The notes beneath the pieces were generated by a model. It had not been told where the DNA came from. It was given only the letters and a program-made list of their open reading frames with translations, and ran no database searches. 64,000 nt of DNA from an uncultured Planctomycetota bacterium (GTDB taxonomy: Bacteria; Planctomycetota; Planctomycetia; Gemmatales; Gemmataceae): contig CAWATZ010000006.1 of NCBI GenBank assembly GCA_963784995.1, positions 72,853 to 136,852 of the forward strand, written 5' to 3'. The position numbers and the translations under genes are program-made. Below are positions 1 through 8,873 of this stretch, piece by piece. Every line of letters begins with the position of its first letter. The stretch's first letter is position 1.

Positions 1-211
1 TGAAGGGCAAAAACTGGTTGGCGTCGTGGAAACTCACAGCGGCCAGAGCCAGCTGTTTCAGGTTGTTGACCGATTTGGTCCGGGCGGCGGATTCACGGAC
101 CTTCTGGACGGCGGGCAGCAGCAGGCCGATCAGGATGGCGATGATGGCAATCACCACCAGCAGCTCAATCAGCGTGAAGGCCCCGCGACGAGAACGCAAT
201 GGACGATCCAT
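1..211 (-). CDS. DUF1559 / prepilin-type N-terminal cleavage-methylation domain protein (N-terminal part; the gene continues beyond the window start)
   Basis: Reverse-complement translation from ATG at 209-211 reads [66 protein letters not shown]. This is the classic planctomycete H-X9-DG family N-terminus. It is missing from the supplied ORF track because it runs off the window. Confidence 0.8.
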   Translation of the reverse strand, partial: MDRPLRSRRGAFTLIELLVVIAIIAILIGLLLPAVQKVRESAARTKSVNNLKQLALAAVSFHDANQFLPF

Positions 212-554
212 GGACGGACTCCCTCTCAAGGGTGGTTGGATTGCGAACAAGGGGAGAGATATTATGCAGGATACAAAACCCGAACCAAAAAGCAACAAGC
301 AAATGGAAGGACCTTCTCGATTGTTTCATCGCGTGCGCGCTCGTCGGCCACCCTCGGGAATCCCCTGCGGCGCGACCCGGAATGGCGGGCACGGCATCGG
401 GACGTCTCGACTTGCCTGATTGCGTTGCCCCACCCGGACCGCTAGAATGGCCAGGAGAGCCAGTTGCCCGACGAGCCGCCGGGATAAACCCGGCGGCTGC
501 TCTCTCCGTCCCTTTCGGGTTTGATTTCCTTGGCACCGCACGGGATGTCTGGTC

Positions 555-827
555 ATGTCACAAGCGATCGCTGATCCGGCCGAGCTGCGCCGCTTCGCAC
601 TCAACCTCAAGCGCTTCAACGAGGACCTGCAGGGCAACCTGGCCACGCTGCACAGCCAGATGCTCAGCCTCGGCGAAACCTGGCGCGACCAGGAACATGC
701 GCGCTTTATCCAGGAGTTTGAGCAGACCCTGGGAATGATGGACCATTTCATGGAAATGAACAACGAGTACATACCCTTCCTGATCCACAAGGCGGAGCGG
801 ATCGAGGAGTATCTGAGCCAACGGTGA
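555..827 (+). CDS. small helical protein, WXG100-like (central W-x-D variant of W-x-G)
   Basis: 90 aa, predicted all-helical. Central motif LGETWRDQEHARF resembles the WXG100 turn (W-x-G then an aromatic 7-8 residues later). It is the first gene of an operon ending in an FtsK/SpoIIIE ATPase. Confidence 0.55.
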   Translation: MSQAIADPAELRRFALNLKRFNEDLQGNLATLHSQMLSLGETWRDQEHARFIQEFEQTLGMMDHFMEMNNEYIPFLIHKAERIEEYLSQR

Positions 828-846
828 CCGCCCGGGAGGCACCATC

Positions 847-1398
847 ATGAACCCTGGAGCCGGCGTCCGCTCGCTGGAAGCGCTGAAGGACTGGTATAGT
901 GCCCTGACCCAGTTCCGCGGCGATGCCCAGAACGCCCTGATCTCGCTGTCGATGGCCCTGCAGCACGCCAGGGACTGGCTGGAGGAACAGCAGGACTTCT
1001 GGCGGCGGGCCATTCGCAAGGCCGAGGAGGACGTGACCCACGCCAAGCAGGAGCTGCGCACCCGGAAACAGCAGAAGTTCCTCGGCGAGCAGCCCGACAC
1101 CACCGTCCAGGAAAAGGAGCTGCGCCGGGCCCAGGCCGTGCTGGAGTATGCCGAGGAGCGGCTGGAGGCGGTGCGCCGCTGGATCCAGAAGCTGCCGCGC
1201 CTCATCCAGGACACCTACGAGGGGCCTTCGCGCAACCTGGAGTTCCTCCTCGACGCCGACCTGCCGCGGGCCCTGGCCCTGCTCGACCGGCAACTGGGCT
1301 CGCTGGAGCAGTACCTGGCGCTGAAGCCCGAGGTCCGGCCGGCCGCGACCCCGGCGACCCCGGCGACCGAAGCGACACCGAAGAAGGAGCCGACATGA
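847..1398 (+). CDS. coiled-coil protein with Pro/Thr-rich C-terminal tail (candidate secretion-system accessory or substrate)
   Basis: 183 aa. Long heptad-like helical segments are followed by PEVRPAATPATPATEATPKKEPT. It is tightly spaced with the neighbouring genes (20-bp gap upstream, 4-bp overlap downstream). Confidence 0.6.
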   Translation: MNPGAGVRSLEALKDWYSALTQFRGDAQNALISLSMALQHARDWLEEQQDFWRRAIRKAEEDVTHAKQELRTRKQQKFLGEQPDTTVQEKELRRAQAVLEYAEERLEAVRRWIQKLPRLIQDTYEGPSRNLEFLLDADLPRALALLDRQLGSLEQYLALKPEVRPAATPATPATEATPKKEPT

Positions 1399-1625
1399 GA
1401 CTCGATACCGGACGCGGCATGCTCTACGAGGCGCTGCAGACACTGCAAGCGCACTGGGACGAGACAGACCGTTACTGGCAGGACGCCATGCGCATTCAGT
1501 TCGTCGAGCAGGTCTGGGAGCCGCTGCAACAGCAAGTTGGCTCGGCGCTGGAAGCGATTGACCAGATGCAAGTCATCCTCAACCAGATGCGCCACGAGTG
1601 TGAAGGGGATGACGGGAACATTTGA
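1395..1625 (+). CDS. small helical protein, WXG100-like (W-x-D variant)
   Basis: 76 aa. RYWQDAMRIQF parallels the motif in the 555-827 protein (W-x-D-x5-F). Its start overlaps the stop of the previous gene by 4 bp (ATGA). Confidence 0.5.
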   Translation: MRLDTGRGMLYEALQTLQAHWDETDRYWQDAMRIQFVEQVWEPLQQQVGSALEAIDQMQVILNQMRHECEGDDGNI

Positions 1626-1651
1626 GTCACGAACACCAAGGCGCGACGGTT

Positions 1652-1782
1652 CCCGTGGGTGCGCTGCGCGACCCACGGCTGGGATACGTAACCCCTTCGG
1701 GGTAGAAGACAGGGCCGGGCCTTGGTTTTTACCCCGAAGGGGTTGCATATCCCAGCCGTGGGTCGCGCAGCGCACCCACGGG
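1652..1782. repeat. 131-bp composite palindrome (outer 37-bp inverted arms CCCGTGGGTGCGCTGCGCGACCCACGG... and an inner 14-bp hairpin)
   Basis: Arms 1652-1688 and 1746-1782 are reverse complements. The inner pair is AACCCCTTCGGGGT/ACCCCGAAGGGGTT. The same core CCGTGGGTCGCGCAGCGCACCCACGG recurs at 33594-33621. Confidence 0.85.
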
Positions 1783-1814
1783 AATTTGACCACGGATTCC
1801 TCCAGGAGCGACTG

Positions 1815-4800
1815 ATGCCAGCGCTGTTGCTTGATCGCCTGCGATTCACCCTCACCAGCCTGCTGCAGCTGTTCGATCAGCGGCAGCGCGGCCAGGATGA
1901 GAAGATTGGCCGGCTCGATCGCAACGAGGAAGCGGTCCGCGACGAGGCCGAGAAGGTCCTGCACCAGCAGAAGGAGAAGCGCGATCAGGAGCTGGCCGAA
2001 CTGGACCGCACTTACGAGCAGGAGACGCACCAGCTCAAGGCGCGGTCCACTGCCGAGGACCAGGCCCTCCAGCGCACCTATGCCGCCCACCAGTTGCAGA
2101 TCGACGAGGAGGAAAAGCAAACGCAGGAGCGTCTGCAAGCCGAGCTGAAAGACGCTCTCTGGACGGCCGACTCCCTCCTGGAGGCCGGGCAGAAACGCAT
2201 CCAGGAACAGCTGGATACGCATCAGCACAAGGTCAAGGAGGTTCGCGAACGGAGCGAGAAGCTGTGGACCGCATTGCAGCCACTCCTGAAGCGCTATGGC
2301 ATCGAGCGGGAGGAACTCCAGCCCGAGAAGGAAGTCCCGGCCAGCAAGGGCGACTCGCTCCGCGACGTCGATGGTTTCCTCGACAAGGGGCAGGAGCGCG
2401 TCACCGACGCCCTGGAGCTGCGCTTGCTGGGCTGGATCAGCTTGCCGATGCAGCTGGGCATGAGTCTCTGGCTGCTGCTGCTCGGGGCGGCCCCCGCGCT
2501 GTTCCTCAAGCCCTGGTCGATGTGGCTGGGTTCTGGCATGGGTGTGGCCCTGGGTGCGATCCTGCTGCAGCGGCAGGTGCTGATCGGCATGATTTACAAT
2601 CGCCTTTGGGACGCGGGCGAGAAACTGGCCGTCCTGCTGATCCAGGCCCAGCGCCTGAGCGAGACCTTGCTGGCACGCACCACGGCCTCGTCCAAGGTGC
2701 AGACAGCCCAGATCCAGCAGCAGCACGTCGCCGACCGCAAGAAGGCCGAGGCCCGCTTTCGGCCCCAGATCGAACAGGTGGAGCGCAGGGCCCGCAGTGA
2801 ACGGCAAGCCCTGGAGCAGAAGCATGCCGCGGCCCGGTTGGCCCTGAAGCAACGCTCCCAGCAGGCCCTGGAACAGGCCCGGCTGCGCTGCGAGCAGGTC
2901 CGCGAAGTCAGGGCCGCCCACCACGAGCAGACCCTGGAGCAGCTCAAGTCGGAATACAAGGACAAGCTCCGCACCATCCGCAAGAACAAGGCGGGGGCGG
3001 AGCAGCAACTGCTCTCCCACTGGGAGTCCAATTGCCAGCGCTTCCTGTCCTCGGTCGAGGAACTGCGGCAACTGGTCCGGCCGGCCGACCAGCTGCCCGG
3101 CGAGCCCCCCACGTCAGGGGGGGGAGGCAACGGCTCGACCAACGGTAAGGGCTTTCCCGAAGTCTTTCCCTTCGGCAGCGTGGGCGTGGACCTGCCGCAC
3201 CTGGCGGAGGAGTTCAACCTGCCGCTGGACCCGCTGCCGGCCCAGCAGCTCCAGGTGCCCGCGTTCCTGCCCTTTCCGCGCAACAGCGCCCTGATCCTCC
3301 AGGCCCACACTCAGGGCAAGGCCGTGGCCGTCCAGGCCCTGCAAACCCTGATGCTCCGCTTCCTGACGGCACTGCCGCCCGGCAAGGTCCGCTTCACCAT
3401 CCTCGATCCGGTGGGGCTGGGCGACAACTTCGCCGCCTTCATGCACCTGGCCGATCATGACGAAGCTCTGGTCACCAGCAAGATCTGGACCGAGCCGGGT
3501 CACATCGAAAAGCAGCTGTCGGACCTGACGCTGCACCTGGAGAACGTCATCCAGAAGTATCTGCGCAGCGAGTTCGCCAGCATCGAGGACTACAACGAGA
3601 AGGCCGGCGAGGTGGCCGAGCCCTACCGGGTACTGGTGGTGGCCAACTTCCCGGTCAATTTCACGCCCCAGGCGGCCCGCCGGCTGGTCAGCATCCTCCA
3701 GAGCGGCAGCAGCTGCGGCGTTTACGCCCTGATCAGCGTGGACGTGCGCCAGCCAATGCCCCAGGGGTTTTCGCTGGAAGACCTGACCTCGGCCGGTTTC
3801 TCGCTGCGCTGGCAGGGCACGCGCTTTGTCACCGACGACGCCGAGCTGGACCGCTTTCCGCTGGCCCTGGAGACGCCGCCCGAGAACAGTCGCATCGTCG
3901 AGGTGGTCCGGCAGATCGGTGTGCGCGCCAAGGACGCCAACCGCGTCCAGGTGCCGTTCTCCTACATCGCTCCGCCGGCCGAGGAGATCTGGAAGAGCGA
4001 CAGCCGGCGCGGCCTGAACATCCCGCTGGGCCGGGCCGGCGCCGTGCGCCGGCTGGCCATGCAGCTTGGCAAGGGCACCTCGCAGCACGTCCTGGTGGCC
4101 GGCAAGACCGGCTCGGGCAAATCGACCCTGTGGCACACCCTGATCGTGAACCTGGCCCTGCGCTACAGCCCCGATGAGGTCGAACTGTACCTGATCGACT
4201 TCAAGAAGGGCGTCGAGTTCAAGCTCTACTCCGAGCATCAGATGCCGCACGCCCGGGTCATCGCCATCGAGAGCGAGCGCGAGTTCGGTCTGAGCGTGCT
4301 GCAGCGGCTCGACGGCATCCTGAAGGAGCGCGGCGACCGCTTCCGGGCCGCGGGAGTCAACGACGTCGCCGGCTTCCGCCAGGAACATCCCGACGAGCCC
4401 TGTCCGCGCATCCTGCTGATCGTGGACGAGTTCCAGGAGTTCTTCATCGAGGACGACAAGGTGTCGCAGGAGACGGCGCTGCTGCTGGATCGGCTGGTCC
4501 GTCAGGGCCGGGCCTTCGGCATGCACGTCCTGCTCGGCTCCCAGACGCTGGGCGGAGCCTACTCGCTGGCCCGCAGTACCATCGACCAGATGGCGGTGCG
4601 GATCGCCCTGCAGTGCAGCGACAGCGACGCCCAGTACATCCTCGGCAAGGACAACAACGCCGCCCGGCTGCTGTCGCGCCCCGGCGAGGCGATCTACAAC
4701 GATGCCGCCGGCGCCCTGGAGGGCAACGAGATTTTCCAGGTGGTCTGGTTGACCGACGAGCAGCGAGCGGCCTCGCTGCAGTCGCTGCACCAGCTGGCCG

Positions 4801-5735
4801 AGAAGACACCGGGCCTGCGGCCGATTGTGCCGCCGCTGGTCTTCGAGGGCAACTTGCCGGCCGACCTGGATCGAAATCCCCAGCTGTTACGGCTGCTGGA
4901 CAGCGAGACGGAGCCGGCCGGTCCGGTGCGGGCGGCCAGAGCCTGGCTCGGCGACGCCATCGCTATCAAGGACCCGACCGCGGCGGTGTTCCGGCCACGG
5001 ACCGGCTGCAATCTCCTGATCGTCGGCCAGAACGAGGAGACGGCCCTGGCCCTGCTGGCCTCGGCGCTGATCGGCCTGGCCGTGCAGCATGCCGCCGACC
5101 AGGCCCGCTTTTTCGTGCTGGATGGGACCGGCATCGACGAGCCGAATGCGGACCTGCTGGAGCGGGTCCTCACCGGCTGGCCTTCCGCGATGAAGCGCGT
5201 CGATCGCGGCGAGATCGCTCCCACACTTGCCGGCCTGGCCGACGAGCTGAATCAGCGTCTGAAAGGGACGGCGACCGACAGGAGCAACCGCTACCTGGTG
5301 ATCCACGCCCTGCAGCGGTTCCGGGAGTTTCGCAAGGCCGACGACGACATGGGTTTCTCGCGCCGCGGAGCGGAGCGCACGGTCAGCCCGGCGGAGCATC
5401 TGCAAACGATCCTGCGCGACGGCCCCGGAGTCGGCATTCACGTCCTGACCTGGTGCGACATGCTGGTCAACCTGAGCCGGACGCTGGATCGGCAGGGGAT
5501 GCGTGAGTGCGGTCTGCGGGTGCTGTTCCAGATGAGCGCGGCCGACTCCAGCCAGCTGCTTGACAACCCCGCGGCCAGCAAGCTGGGCCGCAACCGGGCG
5601 CTGTTCTTCCATGACGAGATGTCGCAGCCGGAGAAGTTCCGGCCCTATGGCCTGCCGTCGATGGAGTGGCTCAAGGAGGTCAAGCAGAGCCTGGCCAGAA
5701 GTCAGAAACTTGTGGCGACGGGGAGAGCGGAGTGA
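1815..5735 (+). CDS. FtsK/SpoIIIE-family ATPase, EssC/EccC-like (type VII secretion-like translocase)
   Basis: About 1,306 aa from ATG 1815; the ORF track starts at 1722, inside the palindrome. Order of features: N-terminal coiled coil, two hydrophobic helices (ISLPMQLGMSLWLLLLGAAPALF / SMWLGSGMGVALGAILL), a second coiled coil, then three P-loop-like domains. Only the middle domain has a canonical Walker A (VLVAGKTGSGKST) and Walker B (ILLIVDEFQEF). The flanking domains are degenerate (FTILDPVGLGDNFAAF..., LLIVGQNEETALALL...). Confidence 0.8.
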   Translation: MPALLLDRLRFTLTSLLQLFDQRQRGQDEKIGRLDRNEEAVRDEAEKVLHQQKEKRDQELAELDRTYEQETHQLKARSTAEDQALQRTYAAHQLQIDEEEKQTQERLQAELKDALWTADSLLEAGQKRIQEQLDTHQHKVKEVRERSEKLWTALQPLLKRYGIEREELQPEKEVPASKGDSLRDVDGFLDKGQERVTDALELRLLGWISLPMQLGMSLWLLLLGAAPALFLKPWSMWLGSGMGVALGAILLQRQVLIGMIYNRLWDAGEKLAVLLIQAQRLSETLLARTTASSKVQTAQIQQQHVADRKKAEARFRPQIEQVERRARSERQALEQKHAAARLALKQRSQQALEQARLRCEQVREVRAAHHEQTLEQLKSEYKDKLRTIRKNKAGAEQQLLSHWESNCQRFLSSVEELRQLVRPADQLPGEPPTSGGGGNGSTNGKGFPEVFPFGSVGVDLPHLAEEFNLPLDPLPAQQLQVPAFLPFPRNSALILQAHTQGKAVAVQALQTLMLRFLTALPPGKVRFTILDPVGLGDNFAAFMHLADHDEALVTSKIWTEPGHIEKQLSDLTLHLENVIQKYLRSEFASIEDYNEKAGEVAEPYRVLVVANFPVNFTPQAARRLVSILQSGSSCGVYALISVDVRQPMPQGFSLEDLTSAGFSLRWQGTRFVTDDAELDRFPLALETPPENSRIVEVVRQIGVRAKDANRVQVPFSYIAPPAEEIWKSDSRRGLNIPLGRAGAVRRLAMQLGKGTSQHVLVAGKTGSGKSTLWHTLIVNLALRYSPDEVELYLIDFKKGVEFKLYSEHQMPHARVIAIESEREFGLSVLQRLDGILKERGDRFRAAGVNDVAGFRQEHPDEPCPRILLIVDEFQEFFIEDDKVSQETALLLDRLVRQGRAFGMHVLLGSQTLGGAYSLARSTIDQMAVRIALQCSDSDAQYILGKDNNAARLLSRPGEAIYNDAAGALEGNEIFQVVWLTDEQRAASLQSLHQLAEKTPGLRPIVPPLVFEGNLPADLDRNPQLLRLLDSETEPAGPVRAARAWLGDAIAIKDPTAAVFRPRTGCNLLIVGQNEETALALLASALIGLAVQHAADQARFFVLDGTGIDEPNADLLERVLTGWPSAMKRVDRGEIAPTLAGLADELNQRLKGTATDRSNRYLVIHALQRFREFRKADDDMGFSRRGAERTVSPAEHLQTILRDGPGVGIHVLTWCDMLVNLSRTLDRQGMRECGLRVLFQMSAADSSQLLDNPAASKLGRNRALFFHDEMSQPEKFRPYGLPSMEWLKEVKQSLARSQKLVATGRAE

Positions 5736-5942
5736 GCGCTTGTCTTGGCCCGCAACCTGACAGCGAAAGGAAACACTCCCGTCAGCCCCCTGCGCCACCG
5801 GGAGAATGGGAGAATGGCCTGGCCGGTAAATTCTTTGGACAGGGCTCTGGCCCTGTTGTACCCTGACGAGAGAGATCAGGCGTGTCAGGCCGGACCAACG
5901 GTTGACCTTGCGGCCGACGGTCTTCTTGGGGAAAACGAGTGC

Positions 5943-6182
5943 ATGGCGCGGCACCCCAACAAGGAAATCGAAGCGGCTCTGAAATACGCCCGGAGCAAAG
6001 GGTGGACGGTCATCAAGTCGCGCAAAGGGCACTGCTGGGGCATGATCCGCTGTTCCCATGGGCGCGGCGGTTGCCAGAAGTCCATCTGGTCAACGCCCAA
6101 AAACCCCCAGAACCACGCTGACGCGATCTGCCGCTTCGTGGATCGGTGCCCGCACCAGACGAATGCTGCCGAAGAACCATGA
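5943..6182 (+). CDS. small Cys/His-rich protein, possibly HicA-like
   Basis: 79 aa from the internal ATG. ALKYARSKGWTVIKSRKGHCWGMIRCSHGRGGCQKS loosely fits the HicA GW...KGSH pattern, with extra C/H pairs that could bind metal. The upstream part of the 5745 ORF looks non-coding. Confidence 0.4.
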   Translation: MARHPNKEIEAALKYARSKGWTVIKSRKGHCWGMIRCSHGRGGCQKSIWSTPKNPQNHADAICRFVDRCPHQTNAAEEP

Positions 6183-6466
6183 ATACCCATACCTTCACGT
6201 TGATTCTCTCCGGAATCGCAGAGTTGACCCCTGAACTGGCCGATGCCCTGTATGAAGCGACCCAGGGCGACATTGAGTTGAACCTCCGGGACGGGGTTGC
6301 CTTTGCCGAGGTCGAGCGGACGGCAGCCACGCTGCACAAAGCCATCACCACCGCGATCCGTCAGATCGAAGAGGCGGGTGTCGGCGTGCGCGTGGTCCGG
6401 GTGGAATCGGAAGCAGCCAATGTCATCGCCAAGATCAATGCCGATCTCCTGGGAGTGGCTGGCTGA
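6179..6466 (+). CDS. small hypothetical protein, partner of 5943-6182
   Basis: 95 aa starting MNTHTFTLILSGIAELTPELADALYEATQGD. Its start overlaps the upstream stop (ATGA), the coupled two-gene arrangement typical of toxin-antitoxin-like cassettes. No confident family assignment. Confidence 0.45.
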   Translation: MNTHTFTLILSGIAELTPELADALYEATQGDIELNLRDGVAFAEVERTAATLHKAITTAIRQIEEAGVGVRVVRVESEAANVIAKINADLLGVAG

Positions 6467-6495
6467 AGCAAGGACGTGGAGTCTCAAAGCACAAA

Positions 6496-6622
6496 TGGAC
6501 CGCAACCGGGCCCTGTTCTTCCACGACGTACGTGTCTCAACCGGAGAAGTTCCGGCCTTACGGCTTGGCCTCGATGGAATGGCTCACGGAGGTCAAACAG
6601 CAGCTGGCCAGAAGGAAAGAGG
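6496..6622 (+). pseudogene. degraded duplicate of the 3' end of the FtsK/SpoIIIE-like gene
   Basis: About 80% nucleotide identity to 5585-5710, with a 1-nt indel. It translates as DRNRALFFHD...FRPYGL.SMEWL.EVKQ.LAR, against NRALFFHDEMSQPEKFRPYGLPSMEWLKEVKQSLARS in the intact gene. Confidence 0.8.
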
Positions 6623-6823
6623 GCGTGATAGCCGGTTAACCTTCTTACAATCCTTGTACCTTCTTCCATTGCCGGTCTCGTCCCGGAGATCGGAAGCAGT
6701 TTCTCAACCACTTGTGTTGCAAGCTCTTAGAGACATTCCTCCCGGCGTCGTCCTGGTTGGCATGCCCCGTGCATTTGGTCAGGACGTTCCCGCAACCATG
6801 TCTTTTGGAAAGGACTCTCGCCA

Positions 6824-7039
6824 ATGATCGCCAATCCCATCTGCCGGCATCATTCGTCGGTCCGTACGACCCAGACCCCCCAGGCTGCCTCCTTGATCGA
6901 CCCGGAACTGCGTGAGCAGGGCGACAACCTGCTGCGCGACCTGGCCTTCGTGCTGCACTTGACGCGCAAGCTCAAACGGCAGATCCTGGCCGAGGAAGTG
7001 ACCCTGACCGTGGCCGGGACCACCCATGACTGCCGCTGA
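6824..7039 (+). CDS. hypothetical small protein (uncertain)
   Basis: 71-aa ORF whose stop overlaps the alkD start. Helical segment LLRDLAFVLHLTRKLKRQILAEE. No supporting homology. Confidence 0.25.
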   Translation: MIANPICRHHSSVRTTQTPQAASLIDPELREQGDNLLRDLAFVLHLTRKLKRQILAEEVTLTVAGTTHDCR

Positions 7040-7766
7040 GATCGATACCCGCCTCCGGCGCCTGGGCGATGAAGCCACCGCCCAGGTGCTGCGTCGTTTC
7101 TTCAAGACCGGCCCGGGCGAGTATGGCGAGGGCGACACATTCGTGGGTCTCAAGGTGCCGGCCCTGCGCCGGCTGGCCCGGGAGTATCAGCGCCTCCACC
7201 TGGTCGAGGCGGAGGGCCTGCTGCGCTCCCCGATTCACGAAGCCCGGATGCTGGCCCTGCTGATCCTGGTCCGCCAATTCACCAAGGGCAACGCCGACCT
7301 CAAGCGCCGCATCCACGAGCTGTATCTGAGGAACGTGGCCCGCGTCAACAACTGGGACCTGGTCGATGCGTCGGCCGAGCATCTCGTCGGGGGTTACCTG
7401 GCCTCCCGCGGCCGGGGATTGCTGGATCGCCTGGCCGGGTCGGCCCTGGTGTGGGAGCGGCGCATCAGCATCCTGGCGACGTTTCAGTTCATCAAGCGCG
7501 GCGAATTTGCCGACACACTGCGGATCGCCGCGTTGCTGCTTGAGGACAAACACGACCTGATCCACAAGGCGGTCGGCTGGATGCTGCGCGAAATTGGCAA
7601 ACGAGACCTGGTCACGCTGGAGGGTTTTCTTCGTATATACTATCAAAGGATGCCGCGGACCATGCTGCGCTATGCGATCGAACGCTTCTCGGAGGAGCGT
7701 CGCCAGCAGTACCTCAAGGGCACCCTCCCGCCGGCCACACGTGGCCAGGAACTGAACAAGCCGTGA
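7026..7766 (+). CDS. alkD: DNA alkylation repair enzyme (AlkC/AlkD-like HEAT-repeat glycosylase family)
   Basis: FFKTGPGEYGEGDTFVGLKVPALRRLAREY and WDLVDASAEHLVG are hallmark AlkD-family segments. Confidence 0.8.
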   Translation: MTAAEIDTRLRRLGDEATAQVLRRFFKTGPGEYGEGDTFVGLKVPALRRLAREYQRLHLVEAEGLLRSPIHEARMLALLILVRQFTKGNADLKRRIHELYLRNVARVNNWDLVDASAEHLVGGYLASRGRGLLDRLAGSALVWERRISILATFQFIKRGEFADTLRIAALLLEDKHDLIHKAVGWMLREIGKRDLVTLEGFLRIYYQRMPRTMLRYAIERFSEERRQQYLKGTLPPATRGQELNKP

Positions 7767-8758
7767 GCAAGGATTCCTTGTCGCCCTACCTGTGGATGCT
7801 GTCAGGCAGCTTTTCGTTTGCCATCATGGGCGTCATCGCCCACTCCCTCGGCGAGACCTGCGACTGGCAGGTGATTGCCCTGGCCCGCTGCGGCCTGGCT
7901 CTGCTCTTTGCCCTGGGCCTGGTCTGGCTGCACGGCGCCCGGCTGGCAATCTGGAAACCCGGCATCCTCTGGGTGCGCAGCCTGTCGGGCAGTGTCAGCA
8001 TGGTCTGCACCTTCTACTGCCTGGCCCATCTGCCCGTGGCCGACGTGCTGACGCTGACCAACACGTTCCCCATCTGGGTGACGCTGCTGTCCTGGCTGCT
8101 GGAAGGCGAGACGCCGCCGCGGTCGCTGTGGCTGGCGGTGCTGAGCGGAGTGGCCGGCGTCGCCCTGATGCAGCAGCCGCACGCCGGGGACGGCAACTGG
8201 GCCATGCTGCTGGCGCTGATCAGCTCGTTCTTCACGGCCGTGGCCATGCTCGGCCTGCACAACGTCAAGGGGGTGGACACGCGGGCCATCGTGGTCCATT
8301 TCTCCGGAGTGGCGACGTTCTTCGCCCTGGTCGCGCTGTTCACATTTGACCATTCCCCCGCGCCGGCGACGCGCCTGGCGCCCTGGACCCTGCTGCTGCT
8401 TCTGGCCGTCGGCGTGACGGCCACGATCGGCCAGCTGTTCCTGACGCGGGCCTTCTCGGCCGGCGAGCCGTCCCGGGTGTCGGTGGTGGGCCTGACGCAG
8501 ATCGTCTTCGCCATGCTGCTGGACGCGCTGCTGCTGGGCAATCACTTCAATCCGCTGCGGCTGCTGGGGATCACCCTGGTGATTGCCCCGACGGCCTGGA
8601 TGATGCTCCAGGGCCGGACTCCGGAGGCCAAGGAGGAGACGATCGAACAGTCGCAGGACGATTTCTCGTTTGCCGACAACGCGGAGCCGAATGGCGCGAC
8701 GGAGCGCGTCTTGCAGCACGCTCCGCTGTCCCACTGCGCGACTCCGCCGCGTGGTTAA
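7763..8758 (+). CDS. EamA/DMT-superfamily transporter
   Basis: GTG start overlapping the alkD stop. About 10 predicted TM helices with two EamA-like halves. Confidence 0.75.
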   Translation: MSKDSLSPYLWMLSGSFSFAIMGVIAHSLGETCDWQVIALARCGLALLFALGLVWLHGARLAIWKPGILWVRSLSGSVSMVCTFYCLAHLPVADVLTLTNTFPIWVTLLSWLLEGETPPRSLWLAVLSGVAGVALMQQPHAGDGNWAMLLALISSFFTAVAMLGLHNVKGVDTRAIVVHFSGVATFFALVALFTFDHSPAPATRLAPWTLLLLLAVGVTATIGQLFLTRAFSAGEPSRVSVVGLTQIVFAMLLDALLLGNHFNPLRLLGITLVIAPTAWMMLQGRTPEAKEETIEQSQDDFSFADNAEPNGATERVLQHAPLSHCATPPRG

Positions 8759-8873
8759 GGGATCTTCAAGAAACAAGCGGGAAGATTGTCGGACTCTGCT
8801 TGCGGCAACGTCAGGGAGCGTGCTACTCTGGGGCATCTGCAAGCGAAGCTAACAGCTCCGAAACCCCGGGAAG

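Noticed and set aside
1215-4790. Long ORFs antisense or out of frame to the FtsK-like gene (1215-3071 -, 3114-4790 -, 2594-3310 -)
   Set aside because: High GC suppresses stop codons in all frames. These ORFs have low-complexity Ala/Arg/Gly-rich translations and overlap a gene with clear Walker motifs and domain structure.
7802-8842. 346-aa antisense ORF over the DMT transporter
   Set aside because: Same GC artefact. Arg/Gly/Gln-rich translation. The sense strand encodes a convincing 10-TM EamA protein.
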